64,000 nucleotides of DNA from Veleropilina oligotropha (Eukaryota), in NCBI GenBank assembly GCA_048128005.1, contig JBEUKZ010000081.1, positions 124,001-188,000 of the forward strand, written 5' to 3'. Shown one piece after another: positions 1 through 13,464 of the stretch. Every line of letters starts with the position of its first letter. The stretch's first letter is position 1. The notes beneath the pieces are model-generated. The model was given only the letters and a program-made list of their open reading frames with translations. It did not search any database and was not told where the DNA came from. Both the position numbers and the translations under genes were made by a program.

Positions 1-795
1 GTTACTAGGCCCATTTGAGGAGGATCGGACAGCACTCGGGCTCCTACCTGAATCTGGTGTCCCGGCAAGGTTTCGGCGACTCCCCAAGAGTCGCGGAGGT
101 TTCGTCGGTAGATCCGGCGACAGACGGTACCCGACTGTCGTCCAGCGACCCTGAAGTAGACCAAAAAAAAAACGTTAATTCCCTTTAACCTACCATTTTG
201 TCCATTCTCCGGGGGAGAACCCACCGTGGTAACCGCCCTGGTCGGCTTCACCGGTGGAAATAACATCGCACACTGCCACTTTGTTAAACCTAGGCACAGT
301 TCACATTTATAAGACTTACGGTGAACACGGCATTCCGTGTGCCTATCAAATCCGTGAATCTTCTGGTTACACCCGGAGTTGCTGCACCGGACCATAGCTG
401 AATACACGGGAGGGTAGTAGTGGGTGGAACGGGGTAGTTAAAAGTATATGTTTGGTAGTTGTGACTTTACTACTACAACCTTTAAGATTGTACATAATCT
501 GAAGATCGGAGATTATGCGATATACCGCAAAATAACCCCGAGCTGGGAACACCGAGGTCGGGTTATAAAACCCGACAATAGACTAAAACAGGGGGGCTTT
601 TTCTTAGAAAAAACCGCCCGATAAAACACCTGAAAACCTCGTGGATGTTTTTTAAAATTAGTACGTTGGCGTATTATCCCACAGTCCCAGTAACGGCAGG
701 ATATCAGAATAACTAATAGTTGATATCTAAACAATCCTGCCTTTTAACGACGTTAATTATTTTATACAATAATTACCAGCAATAAACGTCATTAA

Positions 796-2073
796 GGAAT
801 TATCCAATATAATGAGTTATTCCTTTTGAGAAGTCTCAAATAATATCAGATATATATACCGACCAGAAATTTCCTTATGCTAACGAAACTTCCCCTCTGA
901 GCGGCGCATGCTTTTCTCGGCGGCAATGGCGGCGATGTCGGTTTCACATATCTTTCACAACTTTCTTTCTTCGAAGTTTTAGATATGAATCTTCTCTAAT
1001 TCACTGATGTTTGTTTATATCATCCACAGGGTAATATCCAGTGCTTATACTTAGATTGATGTAAGCAGATTTAACGTATAAATCGCTACACAGATTACGA
1101 ATTTTGCGGAGCAAACAAAAACACGTTTTTCCGTCATCGGAAAACTTTGAATTGAGGTCTTGTGATCTCGAGCTCGGATATCTCGCGAGACTTGGCGAGA
1201 TCTCGCCGGGGGAACTTAGAGACGGGGAGCAGGGGAGGTAATCGTAGTGTTTTTGACTTAATAGTGCATAAATGTGACATTATTCACTGTTTCCGGTTGG
1301 CGATAATATGACTATTATGGCAAGAGTAAGGACGTAAGTATGTTTGTAACTACATATATTCAGTGTAAATAAGTTGCCAATGTCATATGACAATAGTACC
1401 TTCCATTGGCGTGTATATATCCGGTTTGTTGGCGAAGACGATGTCCACATATTCTAACTGAAGCCGCTCTAATGAACCGCGAAGGCCTATAAAATCAAAG
1501 TAAAATATTACAATAAAATGATATTTTTTTCCAAAACAGAGAAGTTACTAATGTCACAACATTTTGGCATATTCCTTACTTTATCATATTGCGTCTGAAG
1601 TATAGTATATAACCTTGACTGACCTATGGCCAGCGCAGTGACTGAAATTATCGGCTTTCTCGTGATCTTTCTAACATGGATCGAGTCTCTGATGCAGCAT
1701 GTTCTGATGCAGATTTTTTTGTCATCGATTGGATGGTTTTCCTCCAGATTTACTCACGGTAAACATTCAGTGTTTGATGTGATCAGTGCTTGCTGATTTA
1801 TTGTGGGATGGAAGATTTATGAGTGGATCCCGTGCTGTTGCTTGCTGTTTTTTCCTCACATATTTTGGTGTTCTTTTAGATTGCCCAACTTTATATCAGT
1901 TTCTACATTTAAAATATTCTCAAAGCTCCTATCTGCTCAAGACTATCTTATCATTCAGACCCACCTTCAATAATATGTTTCCTAGATAATCCCTTCTCAG
2001 TTTCTGCTCTGAAAATGAAAACGCATATTTCCTAACAGATTGATATATTAAAAATCTTTAAACTTTACATTCC
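796..2073. mobile_element. Possible Kolobok-like non-autonomous DNA transposon
   Basis: TTAA-GGAAT...ATTCC-TTAA boundaries and a CpG-rich core with TCTCGCGAGA; the TIR match is only 5 bp. Confidence 0.3.
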
Positions 2074-2081
2074 TTAAGTAA

Positions 2082-2523
2082 AACAAGTCATCGAATTTCC
2101 CTCGCGGGATGCCACATGCGGATAACCGGATAGGAAGAAACCGCATACATGGAAAAATAGCCCAATACACCCAGCGAGTTTCGTAAAGTTATGTTGAGAG
2201 GTGTGCGAAATACGCTCCGGAAAAGATCACATTTACGAATTTACAGGAAGGGCAATAACTCTGTTAATAATTGCTGCACAACGTCGAGACTGGCAAAAGG
2301 CACCAGTTCACCTACTACATAATACACCCAGCGAGTTTCGTCAAGTTATGTCGAACAGTGTACGAGATATGCTCAGGAAAAGATTACATTGCGACAGACG
2401 AACAGACAGACAGACGGATGGACAGACGGACGGACGGACGGATGGACAGACGGACGGACGGACGGATGGACAGACGGACTGGGCGATCGCAAGATCCTCC
2501 CGGTTTGCATCGGGGGAGGATAA
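2082..2523. mobile_element. HINE/pearl-like non-autonomous element, family A
   Basis: AACAAG start, core repeats, (GACG/GACA)n microsatellite, terminal ATCCTCCC...GGGAGGAT hairpin; homologous to 5293-6319 and 16520-17966. Confidence 0.7.
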
Positions 2524-2985
2524 CTAAACTGCAATCCCACCACAGAGCTCAAACCTTATACAAAATGTGTCACGAAGAAACATCATCATCCCATAAATGT
2601 GTTTTGAAGGATAAGTGCATGCGTTCATGATTCAATTTTGAGTGATGCTACCTTAGGTATTGATTACGTTAACGGTCATTAAGACACCTTTGTTGGATAG
2701 TTCAGACGACACATATACTCGAAACAGGCATATACTTTGCATTATATTTCTAAATGGTTCTCACAGATCTTACAATGTAAGGTATTCAAAAATGGGGATG
2801 ATTAACTGATACCACACGATAACCACTTACTTTCCTCCCCAATATATCTTGGTCGATATCACATAACTGGAACGCCTGAAAATAACGAATATGTAATTAA
2901 ATTATTTGCATCCAGGGAGAAAAAAACCACTAACAAAATATTATACCATCGATGACCAAATATTGAAGGACATTCAGAAAAAATA

Positions 2986-4579
2986 ATGTCTTTGGCTGAC
3001 AGGCGCAGAAATGCAGCACTCTACAAGATTGTTCACCACCTGGCAATAATTCCTACTGATGACATGATTCCAGCAGATCCCAGAACCCCCTCAAATCATT
3101 GTTATAATTTAAAAATATTCAATCCAATTCCACAGTGTATAAAAACTCATTCTTCGTCAACATTAGGATGCGTTGGACTATTACCTCAGCGCAGCATTGC
3201 TGAAATCTCCAATCTAGAGATTTCAAAACAAGACTCAATTAATTAAATCACACAGACAACAGCAACGACACATCACTCCATGAGGCAATACTACCTGAGG
3301 CAATACTACATTAGGCAATAATCCATAAGGCAATAATCCATGAGGCAATACTCCATGAGGCAATACTACATGAGGCAATACTCCATGAGGCAATACTACC
3401 TGAGGCAATACTACATGAGGCAATACTCAATGAGGCAATACTCCATGAGGCAATACTGCATGAGGCAATACTGCATGAGGCAATACTGCATGAGGCAATA
3501 CTACATGAGGCAATACTACATGAGGCAATACTCCATGAGGCAATACTGCATGAGGCAATACTACAGGAGGCAATACTCCATGAGGCAATACTACATGAGG
3601 CAATACTACATGCGGCAATACTGCATGAGGTAATACTCCATGAGGCAATACTCCATGAGGCAATACTCCCTGAGGCAATACTACATGAGGCAATACTACA
3701 TGAGGCAATACCACATGAGGCAATACCACATGAGGCAATACTCCATGAGGCAATACTCCATGAGGCAATACTACATAAGGCAATACTACAGGAGGCAATA
3801 CTACAGGAGGCAATACTACAGGAGGCAATACTGCATGAGGCAATACTACATGAGGCAATACTACATGAGGCAATACTCCATGAGGCAATACTACATGAGG
3901 CAATACTCAATGAGGCAATACTACAGGAGGCAATACTACAGGAGGCAATACTACATGAGGCAATACTACATGAGGCAATACTACATGAGGCAATACTACA
4001 TGAGGCAATACTCCATGAGGCAATACTACGAGGCAATACTCCATGAGGCAATACTACATGAGGCAATACTACATGAGGCAATACTACATGAGGCAATACT
4101 GCATCAGGCAATACTACATGAGGCAATACTACATGAGGCAATACTGCATGAGGCAATACTGCATGAGGCAATACTGCATGAGGCAATACTCCATGAGGCA
4201 ATACTCCATGAGGCAATACTCCATGAGGCAATACTGCATGAGGCAATACTGCATGAGGCAATACTACATGAGGCAATACTACATGAGGCAATACTACATG
4301 AGGCAATACTACATGAGGCAATACTACATGAGGTAATACTACATGAGGCAATACTACATGAGGCAATACTCCATGAGGCAATACTACATGAGGCAATATT
4401 CCATGAGGCAATACTATATGAGGCAATACTACATGAGGCAATACTCCATGAGGCAATACTACATGAGGCAATACTACATGAGGCAATACTCCATGAGGCA
4501 ATACTCCATGAGGCAATACTCCATGAGGCAATACTACATGAGACGAATTGACTATCAAAATTCAGATTCAGATCCAGAT
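2986..4579 (+). mobile_element. 3' fragment of a CR1/L2-type LINE with the 15-bp array in its 3'UTR and an (ATTCAG)n-like tail
   Basis: SLADRRR..LYKIVH.L..IP and, in another frame, YKNSFF resemble the LINE ORF2 C-terminal L..RR...YKI...YKYSFFPR..W motif; tail ATTCAGATTCAGATCCAGAT at 4560-4579. Confidence 0.6.
3275..4542 (+). repeat. 15-bp minisatellite (CATGAGGCAATACTV)n, about 84 copies
   Basis: Direct periodicity; one 2-bp deletion near 4029; explains the spurious MRQYY/VVLPH/EAILH/SIASC ORFs. Confidence 0.98.
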
Positions 4580-4667
4580 TTACTTATTACCAATTTACGA
4601 CATTTAACATAGCAAACAAATTTGTTAACATTTAATTTGTTAAATTAGTTAAAATCGCAATACTTAC

Positions 4668-4712
4668 CGCCAAGTTTTCTTCTTGAGAATATTTCCAAGC
4701 ACAACCTCTGCT
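4668..4712 (-). CDS. KCNAB: Kv channel beta subunit, internal coding exon: (K)AEVVLGNILKKKTW(R)
   Basis: 45-bp exon, gcatttcag acceptor, gtaagt donor; matches Kv-beta AEVVLGNIIKKKGWR; remaining exons presumably lie beyond position 1. Confidence 0.95.
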
Positions 4713-5292
4713 CTGAAATGCAAAGACACAAAGATGCAAAGCCCACAATTACAATATGCTCTGGGTTTTGCATCTCTCTCCGGTCACACCTTTTTGTCTA
4801 CAGCTCCTGGGCAGTCTCTGGTATTGTATTGCATGCATGTTGCTCAGGTGATCCACGAGAACGGGAGCACTCAACGTAACCAAGTTCGACCCAGTCACAT
4901 CTGTCCGCGTGGATTTCATCAGGGCTCTCACCACTGCACTCCTCAGGCAGCCAGTCACCCAGAGAATCAAAACAGAAACGATATAATGTCAGTCATCTAG
5001 AGAATCAAAACAGCAAACTATATAATGTAATATATGTACCGATATGGATGACATAACAGCATGCTACCATATCAGTCATCCAGCGAATCAAAACAGCAAC
5101 GATATAATGTAATATATGTAGCGATATGGATGACATAACAGCATGCTACCATACTGGATCAATGATGGACAACTAGAACGCATTATGCTTATATCACTGT
5201 CATGTATGTTATAACCTCACAATAATTTCACATTTTACCATAAACTAATGGCTTAGAATAATAGTCCAGTAGAATTAGGTTTTAACCCGGAA

Positions 5293-6319
5293 AACAAGAG
5301 TCATCAGAAGACATATCCCCCTGGTGGAACGTTAATTTTAACACAACATCCCTGCAATAACTCCTGCAATGGTAAATTAACAAGTAGCAAATCTTCGACC
5401 CGGCAAGTTGAGGGGACGTATCTCCTCCCACGGTAGCAAAAATCAATAGACGCTGTGTCCTCATCATACCAAACGTGTATATCTAATTTGAATGAAATCG
5501 GATATTAGCTTTTCACTGTCGAGTGCACACAAGAAATCACCTCAAAGAAAATGGCCGCCACGGCGGCCATATTGAATTCTAAATCATTAGGCAGTGTTTC
5601 CTCATCATAACTAACATGCATACCAATTTTGAATCAAAGCGGATTAAAATATCTCAATGTAAAGCAGCAGTCTTTGATCTGAAAATGACGAAAATCGTTT
5701 GGCAGCGTGTCCTCATCATAATAAACTTGCATGCCAAATTTGAATGAAATCTGATCAAAACTTTTCACAGTATAGAGCGCAGACAAGAATTCTCGTCAAA
5801 GAAATTAGCCGACAAGGCGGCCATCTTGAATCCAAAACTGACGAAAATCGTTACTCTGTGTGTCCTCACCATAACTATCATGCATACCAAATTTGAATCA
5901 AATCGGATTAAATTATTTAACTGTAAAGCGTGCACAAGAAATCTCTCGAAACAAAATGGCCGATTCGGCAGCCACCTTTGATCAGAAAATGACAAAAATC
6001 GTTAGGTGGCGTATCCTCATCTTAACTAAAGCGCATACCGAATTTGAATCAAATCTGATTGGAAATATCATTGTAGAGCGCACATGACAAATTTACAACA
6101 AGAGCAATAACTCTGCTATTAATCATCGCACAACGTTGCAATTAGCAAAAGGCACCAGTTCACCGACTACTTAATACATCCAGCAAGTTTCGTAAAGTTA
6201 TGTTGAGCGGTGTGAGAGATATGCTCCGGAAGCGATATCGATTACATACAGACAGACGGACGGACCGACAGACAGACTGGGTGATCGCAAGATCCCCCCA
6301 TTAGTAACCAGGGGGATAA
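5293..6319. mobile_element. HINE/pearl-like element, family A, inserted in the left TIR of the Academ element
   Basis: AACAAGAGTCATCAGAAG start, subterminal ATCCCCC / GGGGGAT inverted repeat, internal tandem cores, (GACA/GACG)n, terminal hairpin; inserted in an A-run. Confidence 0.75.
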
Positions 6320-7426
6320 AAATAGAGCCGAGCTGAAATTTTCACAATTGATAGGATTGGTGGTCTACAATAACATCCAAAATCCTCTTAAATCTGATTT
6401 GAGGAAAAAATGTATGAGCATGCGAAAAAGTGGTATATTTATCCAATATTTCATTCAGATTTTGAACTAATTTTGGACAGTTACATGAGAAATACTTCGA
6501 TAATTGTGATGTTAAGCACTTTATATGTGTCAAGCACATCAATCCATACCATTATCAAATTCTGAACAACGAAAGTGGCTAAATCCAAGATGGCCACCAT
6601 CCGATTCCGGAATATCTTCAAAATGCCGTATCTTTGTGAATAAATGTCATACAAACATTCATGATGTGTCATTTTCTATGTTTTCAAACAGTCTGAATAC
6701 ATTTCAACAATTAAAATTTTAAAATGCATAAAACAGATGTAATGATCATTTTTATGGTTAAATCCAAGATGACCGCCATCCGATTTCGGAATATGTTCAA
6801 AATGCCGAATCTTTGCGAATAAATGTCATACAAACTTGCATGATGTGTCGTTTTCTATGTTTTCAAAGTCTGAATCCATTTCGGCAACAATTAAAATGTT
6901 CAAATTCATAAAACTGATGGAATGGTCATTTTTATGGTTAAAATCCAAGATGGATGCCAATTAATTAAGTAGGTTGTATTTTTTGGCCACGTCACGTTTT
7001 GTTAATAAATGACATACAAACATGAATAAAATGTCGATTTCTCTGTTTTCAAACATTCTGAATCCTTAAACCAAAATTGTTTTGATAAAAAGTGTCAAAT
7101 CTAATTTAATGGTTATTTTAATGGTTAAATCTGCAGGTATTTTGCAATTTTCAAACTGACTTTATCTACACAGATGAAAATATAGGTTGCTTAGTAACTC
7201 ACGAAAAGGCACCAAAACAAAAAGGCAAACTCATTCAAGATAAAAGCCTAATTAAAGTTATCTCCACATCTCCATAACCAAGTAACTGGAATATCTGTAC
7301 TTTGTGCCATTAACGGATTGGTAGTCCACTACCTTGTCCAAGCAAATTACTACGAACAGACATTGGATGCAGTTATAGTCCTGGGTATACTTCATGATCG
7401 CTGTTTCCAATGCACACAGCACCAAT

Positions 7427-7840
7427 TCATTTCAACATTTCAAAGTTGATTGACCAGATTAATGACTGAAATTTCGTAAAATCTGCGTTATCAACATTTT
7501 CAGCCTCATCGACACGGGTTACTTCTTTGACATTTTCGCAAATATCTCCATGACAACGAATGCAAGCGAACATACAATACAATCCGTACCTTCGACATGA
7601 ACATGCAGGAGCTGAAGCTGCAGAGAATCTACTTACGCGATGAAGCACATTTAGAAGATTGCATGGTTCTGCATCAGCCATCACAGGTTCTAGATGTTCC
7701 TTCTCAGCTTCCATCATCATTGTTCTGCTTTCAAAGTTTTATTTGACTGTAGGTGCTTCCATATTTGTACTTGTAGATATCCATGTTGGCAATGAAAGCG
7801 TGCTTCACTCCAAGTAGAGGGTAAAGTTTCTATGCATATA
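7427..7840 (-). pseudogene. Academ-type transposase C-terminal remnant with Cys-rich zinc finger
   Basis: Minus-strand IETLPSTWSEARFHCQHGYLQVQIW (LPPT...H..R.YxQ..W-like motif) followed by LEPV..AEP.NLL..CSCRRYGLYCMFACIRCHGDICEN; no full-length ORF survives. Confidence 0.7.
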
Positions 7841-8973
7841 TAAAAGATTGTTATGAACTGGCAGTTCATATATCTAGCACATATACGTGTCCGCTCAAAG
7901 TATCACCCCTTCTTCCTTGATACGCCTTTGTGAACAGTTGTGGACTCCTGCCTTATCTCACACCAACTTGTGAGTTTTTTGTATCTAATGGTAAAGTGAA
8001 AACTTCACGAATGCCACTTTCGCGAGAAGGATGTGAATTGAAAATATTTTCCCAAAAAAGAAAACAAGATTCATTCCAATTAAGTGGTGAAATGTCTGCT
8101 AGTTTCATATATATACGTTTCAGCACTGATGAACCAACAGAGTCTTTCCTGCAAGAGTTAATTAAGCCTTCTCTTGTCGGTAAAGTCCTGGCGGCACTTT
8201 TGATGAACACAGACAGATGATTATAGTTTTTTGCGATCTTTTGCAACAAATATGTTCGAATATCATATTCGTCATGTAATTAACAAAACAAAACAAGTGG
8301 TAAGGCTTTTCAACAAACATTTACACCAGCAGAATCACTAGTGAGCTGTTTAGTTCAGATGATGCATACAACACCACTGAAGATGTCAGAGTTTACCATA
8401 TTTCAATCATGAATTGATAGATGTATAAATATAGTTAAGGAAATATATTCCAGTAAACATCATTACACATTATAGTATAGATTATGTTTTTATATAAGTG
8501 TTTATTTGTAACTAGTTTACTTTCATCAGTATTTTCACATAGTCCTAAAGCATCTTGCTAAGTGAACAATTACACGTATTAATTCCTAGTTGTTTAAATT
8601 ACACTTTCGAGTCTTGAGTAATGACACAACAATTTGTAAGGATGAAACAAATTGAATGTTCATGTAAAGTATCCTAGCAAGGATCTTCTCATTACCAAAT
8701 TTGCAAATACAATGTAATGCATTATCTTTATGATCTTATCAACATTATTTATACAATAATAACTCAACGATGTTTGAAATGTTCATGTAGGCTAATATGT
8801 GCTACAATCTTGTGCTTATAAGCTTGGATGGGTCACAACTGACAGTCCTCTTGTGAATTTATTTATTGAAAATTTATTTACAACTAATAGTGTGTGATTG
8901 AAGTTGATATGTGTACGTTCAATGACTGTGGGCCATCACATTCAACATAGCGTTCTACGTCTGGCCTCCTCGG

Positions 8974-9153
8974 TTACTTAATTAGTCGGCTGCAAATCTA
9001 TTACAACATTTGTGGTGCACTGTCACCATATTTAATTACTTAATTAGTCGGCTGCAAATCTATTACAACATTTGTGGTCCACTGTCACCGTATTTAATTA
9101 CTTAATTAGTCGGCTGCAAATCTATTACAACGTTTGTGGTGCACTGTCACCGT
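8974..9153 (+). repeat. 62-bp tandem repeat, about 3 copies
   Basis: TTACTTAATTAGTCGGCTGCAAATC at 8974, 9036 and 9098. Confidence 0.92.
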
Positions 9154-9661
9154 AACTTTAATAACAAGTCGATAAATATGCGGTTTAAAAATTTTGGAAG
9201 GAGTGCCGAAGCTATGGGTCCCGATTCATGCACATGTAGCTCTAGAACAATGAGGTTTTAGCAGATCCAACACTACACAACTAACACGGCACGAGACGAA
9301 CGGTCTCGCTATGATTGAGTGGACAAATAATATGCGAACTACGAACTTTAGTTTCAACCTATGAAATAAAAAACAGTCTATGATGGATTATCTATTAAAC
9401 TTTGTTGTCATACTACCCCAGCCCTCACAGTTTGATCTATAACTTTTTTCCTCAAAGTGGTTTTCAGAGGATTTTGGATATGTTATTCTACATAAAGTAA
9501 GCTTTCCAATGATGCCTAATTTAGCTTGGCTTTAATTTTTTCCGGGTTAACCACAAAAACAGTCTATTTCTACTGGACTATAAATATAAACCGTGTTTCT
9601 GAAATGCTTACATGATAAAACTTTAATTAATATTACATCACTGATATTCAATTTGAATAAT

Positions 9662-11523
9662 AACAAGTGATTGCCACTAAGTGGCGATTGTCCCCCGCCC
9701 GTATTATTGACCACATATATGTTTTCCCGCTGTGTATTCAGTAACTCAATGAGAATTCCTGCCACCAGAGGCTACAGAGATAGATATGCACCCAGAGACT
9801 AAGTGTAAATACTTAAGTAAATTAAATAATTCTCATTATTCGAACTTGATCCATCCCATTATCACATTGTGGTTAGTTGGTCTGTGAAGTTTCAGAACGC
9901 TAACATTTTTCTAAATGGAAAATTTAGTTGTGAGAAAATTAATAAATTTCATACATGCAGAGACTAGGTTTTAAATCAGCAAAATTCAGCATTAAATCAA
10001 GCCTTGCATGAGGGTTTAAAAAATCCCCAATATTTGAACTTGATCTACCCCATGATGGGGTTAGTTGATTTGTAAAGTTTCTGAAAGCTAGCACCTCTGT
10101 AAATGAAATAAGGGCATGTGAGAAAATTGACCACATCCATGCTTGCATGTATAAAATTGCGAAAAAATCCATCAATTTAAAAAAACCATTCCCCATATTC
10201 GAAAACGAAAAAGAAAATGATCAATGCTTATTGTCCTGTATATTTCCAACTTAATTAGGTTCAAACCAAGACATGTCCGTATTATCGTGGGAAGAAAGCC
10301 CGCCCTCTTGGACCAGTTATGTACAACTTTAATCATAACTTGAACAAATAATTGACAATATCCATGCTTCCAGAGACTATATTCAATATCATGAAAACCC
10401 TAAAAGTTTTCAAAATTAATTCCCAATATTCGAACTTGATCTACCCAATGATGTGATTAATTGATCGGTAAAGTTTCAGAAAGCTAGAAATTCTCAATAT
10501 TAAAACAAGAAATTCTGCATAATTATATGTCTCGCCCACCCCGGCTTACCTTGAAAGGGGCCACATATATAGCAGAATTTGCAAAGCAAGAATTCAGAAG
10601 AACTACCTTTGCAGTGCTGATCCTAATATAGTTATATGTAGTAAGACTTAAAGTTTCAGAGAAACAGAAATTAAGACAAAATCTATATATACTCGAGATT
10701 AAATATATTTGCAGCAGCTAAACCATGACAAAATCATAGTATACCGGCTATTATCAGGGGACACAATGACTTGAACCTTGACCAGTTGAGGAGTGATATT
10801 AGACACTGGATACAGTCTGTTCTTGTAATGACAATATACACTGCCATCTCAAGATGGAATAAACCAGTGGGGAAGCCAGTTTTCAAATCCATCTGATTTT
10901 GAGAATCCCAGCTTCACAGAGTGACCATTAAGCTTAACAGCTTACTGTGCCTATTGGCAGTGAGCAAGTCTTACAGATAAGCACATGTCCTTTCATCATA
11001 CACACATAAGACTTACAAAAATATCTCTGTTCCTTGTCTTCCCTCAATATTTCAAGGCATAATTAAACTTTGTGTATGAGCAGCGAAAATAAATCAAGTA
11101 ACATTTTCATTAAAAAAATGTTTTAGGGGGGGGTGGGGGCGAGGGTGAGCAAATCTGAAGGATTAACATGTTTAACAGGGTGAGCATGAGAGAGGGGGGG
11201 GTGAGGGGGAAAACCAATACCTGTCTCGTTCCCTACGGGCGAGAAAAAATTGAAAATCACATCCATGCTTCCAGAGACTATGTTCAAACGTCCTGAAAAG
11301 TCACCAAAAAACCCATATGTTTTAAAAACAATTTCACAATATTCGAACTTGATATACCCAATGATGTGGTTAGTTCATATGTAAAGTTTCGGAAAGCTTG
11401 CATTTCTCTAAATGGCAAAAACAAATGTGAGAACATCCGGGACGGATGGACAGATGGACGGATGCACGCACGAATGCGGATACTATTTCCCCCGTCCGCC
11501 CGATAGCCGACGGGGGACAATAA
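9662..11523. mobile_element. HINE-like element with a second HINE-like element nested at about 10503-11248
   Basis: Outer: ATTGTCCCCCG near the start, CGGGGGACAAT in the terminal hairpin, (GGAC/GGAT)n. Inner: TGTCTCGCCC near its start and TCTCG...GGGCGAGA hairpin at its end. Confidence 0.6.
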
Positions 11524-13384
11524 GGCATTGTTAGAATCATAGACTACATCTATAACAAATGACGTTGGTTTTCTGCGGCTAGTACTGATGGTATATTTTA
11601 ATTTCTTCTTCTGGAAGCCGAATGATAACATGAGGTGAGAATTGATTTATGAATACTTCGTACTGTGGCTGTACAGGCAATGGATGCATGAAACCCCAGA
11701 CATGCAGAGATCAATTCATTCTGTAATTGGGTTGAGGAATAGCAGGGCGGCACAATTATAAAGCCGTTAAAACCACTTACATTTTATTTAGACCTAATAT
11801 AAATCATGGTGGCTAGGTAACGAAGTTACCTTCGGCAATTTGTAGATCCATATTACAGGGCTGCTCGATCTTGAAGCAAGAATGCGGACACCAATTGTAG
11901 TTTAATAAACGAGCAACGACCTCATCTAGGTCATCAATCTCAAAGTTGCCGAAATCAAGTTAATACGATTCATTCACGTCGTCTTTCATCACCGGCTCAC
12001 AATTATCTCTCGAAATTCTGAAAATTTGATTTGGGAAAAGAAAATTTATGGATGATTTTGTACGTTGTAACGCAGAACTGTATTCTTAAGGAGAAAGGTT
12101 TAATGTTACACTTTCAAATGACAATTACAGAATTAAATGTGCAGTTACATTTAAAATGTCTTCATAAATTTATTGCAACAGATAGTGATTTGACATTTAT
12201 CTGCCATAATATCTCGAGGAACAACAGATGGGTAGACAGAATTCGGGCTACTGTACAATTATTTTTGTTAACATTCAGCTAATTTCAATGATACAGATAA
12301 TAGTATGGAAACACTCTATTCATCTACGGAATTGATGAATATGGATTATATAAATATCAATGGTACACCAGATGCAATCTTGACGAAATTTACAGGCTCT
12401 GGTGATCTATCAATTAATATACATGACATTGTATGTATGGAAACCCCACCGCCACTGTCACTGAGGGAAGCAGAATGAACGTAGGGAATTACTAGATTTA
12501 TTACATGTATCATATTATTAATATGCACAAGTAGCATTTGGCATTATTATTATTTCAGTACTGCTGCATGTACAGAGATTGTCAGTTTGCATGCAGCACA
12601 GTGCTTTCAATTTAGTGGATGATACATGTGTACACACAGGCAGGTGCTATCCATCATGAGTACTGTAGTATAATATTCACATTCAAACAGCAGCAGCATG
12701 AACCAGCTTCCCAGCCAGATCACAAGGAAAGCAAAACAACAAGAAATAGATACTCTCTGGCAACAAATCACAAGGTTATGGCTGCCATGAATTCCATGGC
12801 AGAAAGAGGGTAAACAAGGAACGTTAGCACCAGAACACAAAAATTCTACACAACAGGAAATGATTTACTTGATGTGAATTTTAATTTATTATCCAATATA
12901 GCATTTGGAATCATATCGAGATATGCCTGACAATATTATTGTAGGAAGAAAACCATGCATTGCTTATCTGGAGGACTGAGATGGCCACATATACCTCTAT
13001 GATGTCTTCAAGCTGAACACCCACATCAATGCCACAAAGGCAGAGCAGTCCGTACATATGATTTACAATCTAATGCCATGCATGCCACAAGGCCAAAATG
13101 GAGTGGAAATTAAGAAAGGAACAGTATATACTGTTACAGATGCTCTTAAATAACGAGAAAGAAACCAACAGGATTCTGATAAATAAGGCCAATACAAATG
13201 GCAAAAAGGATATCACAAAAGGGATACTACTGTTGACATTGATGTGTTGAAGCAAAGGGTAAACATATAGGGCCACCCACTCCTGTAAATGGATACGCAT
13301 TTTCACCCTTCTCGCTATTAAACATGTCAACAACCGAGCTTGCAATAACGTTACTATGAAAGGCTGATGATAAACATAGCTTAC

Positions 13385-13464
13385 TTTCCAGCAGCGTAGA
13401 CTTCTGCCGTGTCAAACATGTTGATTCCGCTCTCGTAGGCCAGAGTGAGGATCTCCTCTGCCAT
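13385..13464 (-). CDS. KCNAB: Kv channel beta subunit, internal coding exon: [26 protein letters not shown](K)
   Basis: 80-bp exon, ttttcag acceptor, gtaagc donor; contains the aldo-keto reductase DTAEVY motif with the catalytic Asp and Tyr. Confidence 0.97.

Larger units (their letters stand above)
5262..9580 (-). mobile_element. Decayed Academ(X)-type DNA transposon
   Basis: Long imperfect TIRs starting TAGTCCAGTAGAA...TTAACCCGGAAAA...TAGAGCCGAGCT (left TIR split by a HINE insertion); 3-bp TSD TAA at 5259-5261 and 9581-9583; transposase C-terminal remnants inside. Confidence 0.75.

Noticed and set aside
2201..2630. ORFs with DGQT/DRRT repeats (also around 17500-18050)
   Set aside because: Translations of HINE core repeats and (GACG/GACA)n microsatellites.
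3235..4612. Long ORFs with MRQYY, VVLPH, EAILH and SIASC repeats (up to 415 aa)
   Set aside because: They are translations of a 15-bp minisatellite that is open in several frames on both strands; no sign of a real protein.
4749..4970. ORF just upstream of exon 4668-4712 as an alternative KCNAB N-terminus
   Set aside because: It is out of frame with the exon and stops before it; the exon's own frame has several stops there.
5282..9550. piggyBac interpretation from TTAA-CCCGG...CCGGG-TTAA
   Set aside because: The inverted repeat extends outward to TAGTCCAGTAGAA with a TAA duplication, so these TTAA motifs are internal to an Academ-type TIR.
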